From positions 1,984,001 through 2,048,000 of the forward strand of contig JBHGNT010000001.1 in assembly GCA_043228905.1 (NCBI GenBank): a stretch of DNA of 64,000 nt. Reading direction: 5' to 3'. Within the stretch, counting starts at the first letter, position 1; every line of letters starts with the position of its first letter. Under the pieces are notes generated by a model that saw nothing but the letters and a program-made list of their open reading frames with translations, was not told the origin of the DNA and made no database searches. The position numbers were made by a program, and so were the translations under genes. Source of the DNA: Azolla caroliniana. Taxonomy: Eukaryota > Plantae > Polypodiophyta. Positions 26,780 through 40,137 of this stretch are shown piece by piece.

Positions 26780-26960
26780 TACAATTTGACAATATGTATC
26801 GAAACCTTTTTTAACACATGACTTCTTACAATGTTCCAAGTTTCTTTTTCTAACTTTGAACAAATAGAAACTGAGTTAAACAAGAAAACCATAGTTGCCC
26901 CTCACAAATTTTTTAAACATTTTTCACAATATTCTCAAGTTATGTTTAGTTATCACATTG
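26780..26960 (-). mobile_element. Possible CACTA transposase-associated domain remnant
   Basis: Frameshifted minus-strand reading ICSKLEKETWNIVRSHVLK(K)GFDTYC resembles C..C......V..HL...GF..Y. Confidence 0.3.
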
Positions 26961-27018
26961 CCTCGAACATAAATCCCAAACACTCCTACTATGTGGTTAG
27001 AAATAGTGAGGAACTGTG

Positions 27019-27132
27019 GTCGATTAGTTCCTCGAATCAAAGATTTAACGTGCACATTCTGGTCGATTAGTTCCTCGAATCAAAGCTTTTAACGTGCACA
27101 TTTTGGTTGATTAGTCCCTCGAATCAAAGCTT
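27019..27132. repeat. 43-44-bp tandem repeat, ~2.6 copies
   Basis: ggtcgattagttcctcgaatcaaag...aacgtgcacatt repeated. Confidence 0.85.
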
Positions 27133-28114
27133 AACAAGCGCATCGAAAAAAAATCAAAGCAACTTGTATTGTTAATCGAATCAAGAGACCCCCATGAATC
27201 TAATGATATGAGTGTTAACTTGATGGCTATAAACAAGACCCCATAGTTAATACTTCCATTAGTCTAGCTATTTTTAGATTAGGCAAAAAGAGGGTCATGA
27301 TTAGCACCCCTAATAATTTAGCTATTATTAGTGGTAAGTGCCATTCTCGCAATTCATTGAAACGTTAGGGTCATGATTAGGACCCTAATAAATCTAGTTA
27401 TTATTAATAATGGTAGTCACGTAAATTAATTTGATACGTTTAGGGGGGCAGTTAATCTATTATAACATTAATACCCCTCCAAAACAAAAAGGAAAAGAAA
27501 AACAGGTTTAGGGTTTGATAGATTATGTTGCTAATCTTCTTAATTTGTGTCTGCATGAACACCCATTGATCGATCATATTAAAATTTCACAGAATGAATG
27601 ATACATCCATCGCCTGCAAGCACACTGCAATCTCTAAAGCATATCATCCAGTTCTCAGATCGGCAAAAATCAGAACGCAAGTTCGCGAAGTTAGCTCATC
27701 GAACTTAAACATTAAGAAAAATCGCCATTAAGACTTACCTAGTTAATAATGCATTAACTGAGATCAAGAATTATACCCCCCCTGTATAATTACAATGTAG
27801 GATCATCATCATCATCATCACACAAATTAATCAAGTGTGATGCCAAAGTGTTAGGGACACATCAGTTTATAAATCATCACAAAAAAAGCTCTCAAAAAGA
27901 GATTCAGATGTATATGTATATATGTGTGTGTGTATTCCTGCATGTGAGAGCTGGAATCGATCGATCAATCAGTGATTCAAAATGGTAATTGCTGTGTTCT
28001 TTTTATATATATATATGTGGTGGCCAAATCATTATGTGACCAAATAAATGTATTTTTTGTGGATGATTTTTTGTGTGATAAGAAATGGAGCATGATCTCA
28101 AGGCAGTTTGGCAT

Positions 28115-31100
28115 CTAATTAAGGGTGGAGAAGAACCCATTTTGGTGAGGGTGACATTGATGGTTGTGCAGGTGGTGGCCGTGATTAAGGCCCATGGGGC
28201 CGTGATTAAGGCTGATGGGGCCGTGATTAAGGCCGATGGAGCCGTGATTAAGGTCGATCGATCGGATCTCATCCGGATCGCTTCTCTGCTCGATGTTGTT
28301 GATGTCCCGCTTGTTGAAGATCGAAGCAAGCTCCGGCAGCATCCCCAACTCTGAGAAGAAATCATCGTCGGCTTCCTCCTCATCCGGCACCGCGAATCGG
28401 CCATCATAATCATCGCCATCATCATTCATCATCCCCGATTCTGCTGCTGCGGGGCCACGCACTCCTCCATCCCCTTCATTACCATGAATCTCCCCCTCAT
28501 TACTAATCAATGATTTCATTCCGTGATCCCCATTAATCAGGCCGCCGTCAATCCCTCCTAAATCATCGTAATTATGGATGTTGTTGTGATGATGGCCGCT
28601 TGTGGTCCTAGGGGAATTCACAATCGAAGAGAAGAGGTTATTATAGCCCTGGCTTATTATAATCGGGCCGCCGCGATCGTTAGCACTAATCATGGTATCA
28701 TTAATCGTGCTTAATTCCTCATCGTTGCGATCTTCGTCTCCTCCTCCTCCTCCTCTTCTGGTGTCACTGCTAATCAAACCTAATTTGGGCGCATCGGGGT
28801 CATTAGTGGAGTTAATCATGGAAGGATCTTGATTAATTCCACTAATGCCGATGTGGTCGGGCCCACCTCCATCCTTAATCTTGCTGCTGCCTACAGTCGA
28901 GTGATTATGGTCTGATGTGTATGTGATTATGAGCATCGATGGGTCTCGCCTACTTCTTTCCACTTGTTTTCTTGCAGAGCATCCTTTGGCGCTGCTACAC
29001 CGATAATATCCCCTAATGATCATCCCATTCAACATAATGCAGAATCATTTGGATTGCTATTAGGCCGGATATAGCATTAAATCTTCCCATCGTAATTAAA
29101 CACTAATGACATTTTCAATGTGCCTAATAATCTCGCCATTACACACAAACTATGACAAGAAGCTGAGAATTAGGAAAGAGAAGAACTGTATTACTTGGGG
29201 TTTTCTTTCATATACCCTCATGTAAGGTTCCTATGGCCCATGATTAATTAAGCTCCTAATTATTTCTCATGTAACAATTAAGCTCAGAGCTGATTATATG
29301 CCAATATTATTAACACCTTTTTAAACTTCTTCTGTAAATACTGTGAATTAATTAATTAATTAATTACTCTTTCGTAGCCCAGACGTAAGCCTTTATCCCT
29401 GCAATTTGTTTGGTGTGCTTTCATGGCCGGCATCACATGGTGCTTTGATTCTATCATTCCTTTTCGAATTTAAATCTTTGTTGTTGGGTAGTTTATACTA
29501 TTAGTTAATGCAAATGAAAAAGAAGAAATCTAAATGGGGGTTGAAAGATCAACACAAACTAATTAATTCCTTTTTTGATAGTACTGGCAATGCTACAATG
29601 AAAATCAAGGGCTAATTAGTAGTGGTTACTATTACTAATCAGGAGAATTAATTATTAAATGCGATGATCATCATCATTATCATTACCTTGGGTAGGGTGA
29701 GCCTTTGATAGGTTTTTGGCCATATTTCCTCCAAGCCCACAGATCAGTGGGGGGTGTCTCGCCTTTCTGTTTGCTTGGATCCCCCACTATCGGCACACAA
29801 ATCACCCTCTTCTCTTGAGATTTTTTTCTACTGCATACACAAATAATCACAAGTAACAGCAATAATTTCAAATTTAAGGCTCATCAATCTCTTAATCACT
29901 GTACATCATCTAATGTCTTCAAATCAACCAATGGCAAAATCATTATAATGCAGTGTCACCGTATACTACCTCTTTCTAATCCTACCATAATTTTGTGTAA
30001 TCATTCACAAATAATAGCAATAATTTCAAATTTAAGGCTCATCAATCTCTTAATTACTGTACATTATCTAATGTCTTCAAATCAACCAATGGCAAAATCA
30101 TTCATTATAATTCAGTGTCACTGTATATATAATTTGTCTGTACTGCCTCTTTCTAATCCTACCATAATTTTCTGTAATCATTCACAAGTAACAGCAATAG
30201 TTTCAAAATTAGGGCTCATCAATCTCTTAATTACTGTACATCATCTAATGTCTTCAAATCGACCAATGGAAAAATCATTCATTATAATTCAGTGTCACTG
30301 TATAATTTGTCTGTACTGCCTCTTTCTAATCCTACCATAATGTTCTGTAATCATTCAGTTTCCAATGTACTTCTGTTTGTTAATAATGTTCTCATCAATC
30401 AACAATCTTTACGTTTTTCGTTTTGCTGTTTTCTCGTCTGTGACAATCAATCTTACAGTGGCCTTAATAATCTAACCGTCTTGTTCGATTGACTGAAAAT
30501 CATGATCCATTTGCAGACAGCATTAAGTAGTGATTGAAATGAATCCAAGAGATTTGCTTGAATATTTAATTCCACAAATTAGCACCAATCCAGATCTCAG
30601 CTGTTTAATAATGTATCTTCATGGCTGGGATCTGAAATTCCTGAAGATGCAATCCTGAAGAAGCGAGGATCCATTATTAGATTGGTATATGCTCTTTTCC
30701 TGGTTCATAAACAGAGAGTGCAGGTGCCATGGTGTCTTTCAAATCCTGCAGGCGCACCATGGGAGGACTTGATCATGACCCTCTATCTCTGGATGAATCT
30801 TCTTCAGTACATACACATAAACAACTCCATAACCACCTTCCATACCCTTCTTTTCTTTTCTTTTCTTTTCTTTTTTCCTGCTAGTAACCCCAAGCCGTGT
30901 ACATAAATCATGATTTCAGACGAATTATATTTTTTTTCAATCCGACTCGATACTGAAGCTATAATTAGTAATGCACTGAATTTCCGGGCATAACAGAAGT
31001 TCGCTGATATTAATTAATAATGCATGGTCTTGAATGGTTTGGCATCATGTATGTATTTTGGGCGGTGAATGGAATTGTAATGTACAATCATGATCCGAAA

Positions 31101-31682
31101 GAAAATATTATAAACCATGATCCATCCGAAGTGATCGAATCAACAAATGATTACTTTCAATAGTAATAAGATTGATCGAATCAACAAATGTGATTTAAAA
31201 CCTTATTAATCCGTATTCTGCCATACATCAATTCCTTACTGCATTGCAATAACAACATCATAGACGTGACCTCTCTAATGACGTACTAAATAGAGATGAA
31301 TCATTGGTAACAGGTGAACTTAATCAGACATTAGATGAACATTAGTTATAGTAATGCCGATGCTATTTATAACCTAGAAAATCAATTCTGTGTTCTTGTG
31401 CATGAATGGAGATTTAATTGATGAGATTTAAAAAATTAAGACCCTGTGGCAATTCTGCATGAATAATAAAAAAGCAATGGAAATTTACCTTTTCTTATTA
31501 CTATTGCTAACATGAGTCGAGTTGTTCAGCTTTGTGCAGGGATCCAAGTCTGGATTTCTCATCAATGTCTCAACTTGATTGATATCGATCTGTAGTACTG
31601 GGCTGCCATCATCATCTAATTCGATATTATAACTAATGCTGTTGCCCAATTGATCTGTGTCTTGGATCTCACTAAGATCCAT
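28115..31682 (-). CDS. Group IIe WRKY transcription factor (WRKY65/69-like), 410 aa, 3 exons
   Basis: Exons (minus): 31682-31489, 29827-29687, 29012-28115, total 1233 nt. [18 protein letters not shown]|[29 protein letters not shown] with the typical phase-2 PR intron; KRV..VP before the domain; C-terminal [12 protein letters not shown] motif. Exon 1 assignment is less certain than exons 2-3. Confidence 0.9.
29845..30357. repeat. ~160-180-bp tandem repeat x3 in WRKY intron 1
   Basis: acaa(g/a)taa(c/t)agcaata...ctctttctaatcctaccataa at ~29849, ~30006 and ~30184. Confidence 0.9.
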
Positions 31683-31983
31683 GAAAAGCCTGGCTCAATT
31701 GATCAAGAGCCCGCAGTGATTCTTATAATTAATTTGATTTTCTGCAGATTAATTTGTGTGTTTACAGTCTAGATTTGGCGATCAGGCCAAAGAATTGAAG
31801 GAGGGAATGAATGAGGGGAGAGGTCGAAATGCATGAATCAAAATGTTAATGGAGGAAATGGGGTTGGGAATCGATCACAAAGTGTGATTAGTATGTAAGA
31901 AAGAGGATTCCAAATTTTGATGGGAGCAATTATAACCAATGGCAGAATGTGGATGTGAGGTCTAAATTTGATAAATCTTGAGA

Positions 31984-32007
31984 TTAGGGTTAGGGTTAGG
32001 GTTAGGG
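31984..32007 (+). repeat. (TTAGGG)4 telomere-like tract upstream of WRKY
   Basis: Four exact TTAGGG units. Confidence 0.85.
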
Positions 32008-32104
32008 ATCCCAGCAAGCATATGGTATTGGGTTTCTTATGTCTGATTTGGGGGGGCTAAAGAAGGAGGAGAGGGAAGGAAGTGGTGTAGTCAGTCATGG
32101 GCCC

Positions 32105-32117
32105 TATATATATATAT
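32105..32117 (-). promoter_or_regulatory. Candidate TATA box of the WRKY gene
   Basis: TATATATA run ~420 bp upstream of the ATG, followed on the sense strand by a CT-rich stretch. Confidence 0.35.
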
Positions 32118-33192
32118 CATATAAATTTAATCAAAGATATAGATGTACATAGATATATGTAGATATGTATGGATTAGATATATTCTATTTGGAATATTAT
32201 GTAGTTACAATGGAGTTAAAATTTATCAACTTTGGATGGAATTTTTTGTGATATTGTTTGGCTACACACTACATTATACATACATACCAATACAGTACAT
32301 AAATTGCATTACATTACATTCTCCAATCAATCAATCAATCCATGAGAGTTTATGACACACCCTCGTCATTGCGTGCATACCGTATATAATATGTACATAC
32401 TACTCTATGAAGACACACGAAAGAAGACAATGTTTGGAGTTATACGACAGCCCATGTCCTTTGAGACAGATCTTGTCCTGACCGGCCCGATCCCGTCCTC
32501 CCAACTACGATACTCTCTAATACATGACTTTTCCTCATTCGCCTCCTGGGTGCCCACTTAGATTTGTCCCAACCCCCCCCCCCCCCCCCCCCCCCAATCC
32601 GGTTTTGGAATGAGGAGTTGTCTTTAAATCGGGTATGAATTGGGTGGTGCTTTCTTTAAATCAATCATGTGCTAGATCTACGTTGCGTCTGAGTTATCTC
32701 GAGGATGTGCTTACTCTCGGCTTTCATGTGATTAGGATGCCATACGCTTTGACCTCACATCATTCCAAAAATAATAATGTCAACATACTAAAGTCTGAGA
32801 TTTCAATATATATATTAGCATATTTTAGTAGTTTCCCCTGGAAAGTAATAAGGAAGAAGGACGTGCGTGGGTCGCAACTATGTATGTTCCTTCGTCCCCC
32901 TTTTCCTAGCACACACATCCCTTCTCGACAAAAATAAATGAATAAATATATGGAAATTTTTCTAAGCATGTATCGATACATGATCGTCTAGCATAATATT
33001 GCACGTGCTCCAACGGAAAGCATCATTCGCACGCACATTACGGGCACTTAGCATCTTTGATGGAACATCAATCCCCCCCCCCCCCCAATATGCCACCCAC
33101 GAAGTGGCCTCCTCGATTCATTGCTAGATTCGGCATTGGCTCTATAGTTTTACATTTTGTACACATCCAATCCAATTCTAATGATTTCTTAT

Positions 33193-33576
33193 CATTGTTG
33201 TAAAATACTTGCCATAAAGTATGCGTACAATACGTATTCTAAGTATTCTAACTTCTTCTTTTTAAATACTTAGAATACGTATTTTATAGATAAAGTACGT
33301 TAAATACTTAGAATATGTGTAGAATACGTGTAGAATACTTAGAATATGTGTAGAATACTTGTAAAATACGTTAAATACTTCTTAAATTTTAAAGTTTTTA
33401 AAAAATATATATATATATATATATTGAAATGATAAATACTTGTTAAATACGTTGAATACGTAGAATACGTCAAAATTTTAAAAACGACAGTTCTAAAACA
33501 TAGAATACGTGTAGAATACTTCAGAGTATTCTAAAACGTACTCTAAACGTAGAATACGCATTTTTTAACAACTATG
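33193..33576. mobile_element. hAT-type MITE (384 bp)
   Basis: Perfect 8-bp TSD tttcttat (33185-33192 and 33577-33584); TIR CATTGTTGTAAAA / TTTTTAACAACTATG; many agaatacgt subterminal motifs. Confidence 0.88.
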
Positions 33577-35977
33577 TTTCTTATGACTTCTTTTATGCTT
33601 GGATGTGTGACTCATGAGATTTCCCTGTTTGATGTCATTATCTTGTTCGAAATGGATCCATTAGTGTAAAATGGTTCGAATCAACAATATATTTTGAGAT
33701 CCAATGCCTTTGTAAGCATTTGGTTTACATACGAGAAGATTTTGGCTAGTATCATTTAACTTTTTAGATATATGCTATTGGAGTTGAGGTTGGATACTAC
33801 AAAATCCATTCGTTGGATCCTATAGAATGATCGTCTAGGAGAATTAACATTTATAATTATATTTGTTTGAATAAAATCCTTAGTTATTACACTATGTTTT
33901 TATAACATGTCAAAGTCATGTTTATTTTAAGAAACAATGCATTAAATCTCCATAAATTCCAAGCAATTACAAATTATTGGCTACATGAGTTAAACATATT
34001 AGAACATGATAATGCTGAGTTAAACACTTGTGTTTTGTAACGTTTGTTATGGTTGTGGTACAAGTTATTATATTTTGAAGCATAATGTGAAAGCTTAAAA
34101 AACTATGGCCGTATAAGTTGTGCTTCAAGTCTTAGCTAATGGGTTTGATTACTTTTCTATTATAAAAACTTAGATCATGCGTACCGAGTGGCTTTATTCC
34201 TAAACACATGGCTTTACAAACAAACTATTGGAAGTTTTTGCACAATACAAAAAACGAGAGCATCGCCCTTAAATAAACTTAGCGATATTGAAGAATAATG
34301 ACTACCCAAAAGTGGCAATGGTGAAGAATGTTTTATGTATCTTAGCCTTTGAGCTTTACATGCTTCACAAAATCTCTGACCCTCAATACGTATATTCCCG
34401 CCCGTACCTTTTCAAATGGATAAAATATAGTCACCCTCTCTTATCTCGTGAATGTAGACATGTTTGGCGTACCTATATGATATAAGAGGTATTGGAAAAT
34501 TGTCGGGATAGTGAATAAAGAAGCCATTACAAGTTTAAGTTTGGTCATCCACAACCATTTTTCCAATTCATTACATGGATACAATTTTCTAATTGGGTAC
34601 ATGGTAGTGTATGATCAAGAGAGCTTGTTGTGATCACATTAAGCCATAACTTAAGAATCAAATTACCAAATATTACGCCTTTTCATGAGTGAAAAAAACA
34701 CATTAATATTAAAATTATTTTTGTAGTCCATTCAATTCCTTATAAAGAAAACTTCTACGATGACAACCCTAGTATATTTCCTTGATCATATGCGTAATTC
34801 GTTCAAAATATAACGTCTTTTCATTATATAAAATGTGAAGCTCACGAGGATAACTTTGGATTGACATTTTGCAATTGTAAGAAATGTGATGGCAATGATC
34901 ATATACTTCTACGACATTTGAGGATGGCTAGAGGTTCTTGTATTCAAATCTCTATCATACAATCGATCATTGTAAGATATTAATGATATTCCAGATCACA
35001 TTGGTCCCTCGGCTGGGTTTGGAGAATCATTTATGAATATTATAGATTCTTTAGACGCCCAAGATTTAGTCCAAAATTGGTCTAGTTTAATATAGCAAAT
35101 AATTGTCGATCGAGGCAATGCTCTAAAAGCATTTGCAATCCTTGAAATCCTTTTCATCAATATTGGCCTCACTCTAATGTAATGGTTCCATTTCTTCAAT
35201 AGAACCTTAGAAATTCATGTGTTCCACCTAGAGGATCAAGGTTTGTTGTAGATAGTAGTAATCTAGTTCTAACAACTTGTATAGAAACCTTAATAATGAC
35301 TCTTACCTTGGTCATTGGCTTGTGCTAGTATCTGTATGCCAGGCACGAGTTACCTCGTTACAATGGACAAGACTTATGGCCAAAAGGATCATGAATGACA
35401 CCATGATTTCAATCATGAGAACGAGAATACAACCAAAACAACAATTGCAACTACAGGTGACCCACATCGGGAGTACTAGAGGAACGGACGATTGTCGCAA
35501 ATTGGACCGCCCAACGTATCAAGGCAACCAGACTAGATGATAGCATTGTGAAAGATTTTCACCCCTCACTACTAGGGTGTGTACCACAGAGTTAGAACGA
35601 TGGTGTGTGGGCAGGCACGCCCGGAGGGCTAGGTACGGTAGGTACACCTCCACGAGGGCGTGTTCGTGTGTCTCAGCTCAGGCGTTCTCATGAGCACCTT
35701 TTTTCTCAGACCGAAAGAAATGCAGAAGGCAACGAACGAGGTGGAAAAGCTAGAGATTGGTGGTGCGGCCAATCCGATCCAATACTGTTAGCCCTATTCA
35801 TTGTTTCTATTGTCCGGCCAATACTACTACAGTCTACATACTCATAACCATTGGGTTTGGGTTTGGGTTTAAAGCAGCCCATTTGGGGAGGCTTACACAG
35901 TAACCTTTTTTTTTCCTTTTCTTCTTTGTGCCTTTCTCTGTGTTTCTGTCCTGCCTCTGCAGTGCTAGCAAGTAGCT

Positions 35978-38965
35978 ATGGCGTCTTCCTCCATTCTTCT
36001 GAGTAGCGGCCATCAGATGCCTCTCATCGGCCTCGGCGTGTGGAGAACAGAGCCTCAACTTCTCCACGGTCTCATCTCCCAAGCTGTCCGCCTCGGTTAT
36101 CGCCATTTCGACTGTGCTGGTAAAAATTTAATCTCCTTTCCTAATCTTGTCCCTCCCTTCCTTCTTCCCTTTTGTTTGTTTGTTTTCTTTGTTCTTCTCA
36201 TTCCTTCTTCTTCACGAATTCCCATTAAAAGGTACGATACTGTAAGGGAAGGAACTACCGTGCATGCCACAAAAAATCTTCAACCTTAGTTCCATAATTA
36301 AGCATTGGAAACACAAAGAAACAATGCTAAAAGAAAACGAATTCTCTGTAACATCGATCCAAAAATGAAGAAACAAGGAAACACATTCTCTTTGGAACCA
36401 CAAAGAAACAAGAATAAAAGGGAATTTTGTTCTCTATGAAAAAAATAGAAGTCTATTTAGATCTCTTTGATCGTGTCTCTCATTTTCTTTCAAATGTAAT
36501 ATGTGTCAGACAGTATTATTTCCATGGATATACACAGAAAGGTCATGCATGTGGTTATGTCCATAAAGATGACATTATCTCTGTTTTCTTTTTCAAACAT
36601 GCATAACACATGTGTCAATCTCCATGGATATGGATATTGGGTTGTCTTATGTTTTTTCTGTCCTTCAAACATACATTACAAATGGGTTCATGATGGAAAT
36701 ATGAAATTCACGAACCTTTAATCGATACCTACCTTCCTATTGCTATACATATCTGTATTTGTTCCATTTACTATATTCGATGTTAAGTGTGCCATTGAAG
36801 CGTTCAAGATGCTTACCTGCTATCCAGGTGTAATTGTGATCGCTATTTTTCGAATTGTTTGGAAATCACTGCCAGTATTTCACGAGTTTCGATAGATTAA
36901 CCCAAACGCACATGAATGTTTCAGTAATTTTCACCCATTACATTAGGCTTACACATTTCTATACTTTTTAAGGCATTTACCCATAATGCAAAAGTTTATC
37001 CTTAATTTTTACGCCTCAATTTTGGTGTATTTGACTTAAGGAGTGCGTTGTTTTCTATTTAGCTGATTATGGGAATGAAAAAGAGGTGGGGGATGCTCTT
37101 TCTGAGGTTTTCCGACAGGGCTTAGTTAAAAGAGAGGAGCTTTTCATAACTACAAAGGTTTAGTGTCTTTAATCTATTCTTTGATTACCTTTAAAGAGAA
37201 AATATACCTTATAACTAATACTGAGCAATCAAAAAAATTGTTTATTTTTGTACCATATTTTAGTTATGGAATTCAGATCATGGACATGTTCGTGAAGCTT
37301 GTGAGGACAGTTTGAAAAATCTTCAGCTAGATTACCTGGATTTGTATTTGGTTCACTTTCCAGTTGCCACCAAGCACACAGGTTAATGAGAAGACCAATA
37401 CTTGTTGGTTCCATTATCTCACAGTTTTTGACATCCGAAAAAGAAGAAGAAAATAAACCTTTTTCCCCCATTTCATATTTCAATATAGTTGGTAATTGTT
37501 CCCTTGGTTGAAGGTGTGGGGACAACCAGTAGTGCTTTGGATAGTGAGGGGGTTCTTGATATTGACATTACAATCTCATTGGAAACAACGTGGCATGCAA
37601 TGGAAGATCTAGTTACTGAAGGATTAGCTCGCAGCATCGGGATTAGGTAAACATTACTTCTGTAATTAGATTGTTGAATTTCAGATTTCTCTGCTAGGTT
37701 ACAAGATAATGCATTTGCGATATCACCAGAATCCCTCTGCCCCTAAATTCTAGAAGCTTAAGGGACACTCTGGTAAATACCCAACAATTTTAGAGTATTT
37801 TTTCTGTATGTATTTATTGGGATAGTTGTTTGGCAAATTTCAAAATCTGAGAGGTGTCTTTTGTAATTATACAAATCAAATTTGAAGGTTTTCCAGTCTT
37901 TTCCATGAGCTTGGGCAGTTGAACTTTTTGTGTTGCCAAATTGGTGTACTAAAGTGGTTCATTTTCAAGAAAACAAAGGTTAAGAAAAAAGAAATGCGAT
38001 AAGCTTTAAACCAATCTTTTTTACCTTGTTCTCGAAAACACCAAATATGTAAATGCAGCCCACTCTAGAAAAAATGTTGACTAGATTTATGTAGCGCAAG
38101 ATAGCTCACATACACAACCTCACTTAACACTGTGTCCCCCACTGAATAACTGATTCTTTTTGTTTCTTTTGTGTTTTTTCTTTTATAGCAATTATGACCT
38201 GTTTCTGACTCGAGATTGCTTGGCATACTCAAAGATCAAGCCTGCAGTGAACCAAATCGAGACACATCCTTATTTCCAGAGGGAGTCTTTGGTCAAGTTT
38301 TGTCAGAAGCATGGTGTTGTCGTGACAGCACATACTCCCCTCGGTGGTGGTGCTGCGAACATTGAGTTGTTTGGTTCTGTTTCTGCTCTTGATGACCCTG
38401 TCATCCAGGTACGCGTTTCTGCTAACAAGTGTTTTCTGCCATTTCTGGTTGAACGTTATTCATTCATACACTTTTTATGCTTTTGTGGCATTCTTGATAA
38501 GTTTGCTGTATTAAATCAATCATAAGAGATAATCTCTGACAGCATTTTCCTCCATAAAGGAGTATTCATGGATACATAATGATATGATGGATTTCAGCTT
38601 GCCTGATTATTCTTCTAATGCAGTGTCAAAAATGTACAACTTGCCCGTATTGCATTTTATGTACATCATTCTGTCCTCCCAGATTTAACTCCAATACTTC
38701 ATTAACGATGCTTTTTCTGCACATGGATTTATAGAATTTGGCAAAGAAATATGGTCGAACAGCCGCACAGATCATCCTTCGATGGGGCATTCAAAGAAAA
38801 ACAGTTGTGATACCAAAGTCGAGCCGAATTGAAAGGCTTGAGGAAAACATAAAAATCTTTGATTTTGAGTTATCAAGTGAAGATATGGAGGTCATCAAAC
38901 ATGTGGATAAGAATTATCGTACGAATCAACCTGCCAAATTCTGGGGCGTCAATTTATTTGCATGA
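35978..38965 (+). CDS. Aldo-keto reductase copy 1, sorbitol-6-P dehydrogenase / mannose-6-P reductase (AKR2A) family, 312 aa
   Basis: Exons 35978-36119, 37063-37157, 37264-37381, 37514-37646, 38189-38408, 38735-38965 (939 nt, GT-AG). Catalytic tetrad HFDCAADY, ITTKLW, LVHFP; IPKSS; family-typical [15 protein letters not shown] and C-terminal WGVNLFA. Confidence 0.95.
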
Positions 38966-39970
38966 ACGAATAATTTCCTCTTCTCGTAGACTCTCTAGGA
39001 ATAATCTTCTTTTTGTCATAGAAGATGCTTTTCTTTTGTCTACCTTTTTATAAAGAATTTGACAAACTTAGTTTAATGATGCCATGTTTGATTGTCCGCT
39101 TGATTTTCTTTCCAAATTTGCTTTTTAGGTTAAGAGTCTTTGATGTGAATGATGGTTTGAAATGGTCTTAGATGTTGAAACCCGTACATAGCAAGAATCA
39201 TTGTGAGTTCTAGTAATTCATTGATAGTAGAGCATGGCATACAGATCTTACGAGCTTACGAGGATGCTATTCGTGTCAAATGCTCTAACACAGAAACACT
39301 GCTATGAGACAGGAGGTATCTTCTTTCAACAGATCCATTACTTGTTGAACTTTCTTTGTTTTTCTACAGTCTGAGAGTAGCATAAAATGTATGTTGGCAT
39401 GGAATGCACTATGAGCAATTCTCCCCATGAAGGTCGAACTTCTGACAAACGAGCTCTTAAACTTATATTATTGTTGCAAGTGCTATGATGGAGTTCAGAT
39501 GGCGATTGATTGGCTCTTTGAGAGAGGTCAACTTGGTGGTGATTACACCACATGATATCTATGAATCTGTGAACCAGAGATGGTATGAAGATGAATCTTT
39601 GGCACTTTGAAAATCTTCTTAATTTTGATGGGATGGTAGCTATGGATACTCCTTGATATGTACCCATAGTAACAAGAGGACATGGATTCCTTGATATGTT
39701 TGAATCTACCCACTGCAATATGATGGAAAGTAAAACTTCTTTGAAGTCCTACTGTTTATAAAATGAGATGAGTCCCTTCATTCGACCAAATCCTAATGTT
39801 CCTCCATGTTATTAATGTGAATTATTGAAAGGACATGGTTATTCTCTTGGAATATACGACCATTGACAATGGAATGGGCCTGGGTTAGCAAATATGCCGA
39901 TAGAAGAAGAGGACTGTTTACAACTGACTGAGAAGTGGATGACCAAGATGCAAATGAGCAATGAGCGGAT

Positions 39971-40137
39971 CATTGTTGTAGAATACTTTTTTGAAATGAT
40001 AAATACTTGTCAAATACGTAGAATACGCCAAACTTTCAAATACGTAATTAGAAAAATGGCAGTTCTAAAATGTAGAATACTTCAGAGTATTCTAAAATAT
40101 ATTTTAAACGTGGAATACACATTTTTTAACGACTATG
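39971..40137. mobile_element. Internally deleted hAT MITE, sibling of 33193-33576
   Basis: Same termini cattgttgta...ttttttaacgactatg and same 3' body; imperfect TSD gagcggat/gagttgat. Confidence 0.75.

Noticed and set aside
28003-28425. Alternative-frame and antisense ORFs over the WRKY last exon
   Set aside because: By-products of the GC-richer repetitive coding sequence.
33600-35540. Short ORFs and possible TE relics between WRKY and AKR copy 1
   Set aside because: No recognisable domain, termini or TSD.
35851-35882. (TTTGGG)3 and site-II-like AGCCCA in the AKR copy 1 promoter
   Set aside because: Short motifs expected by chance; not a true AAACCCTA telo-box.
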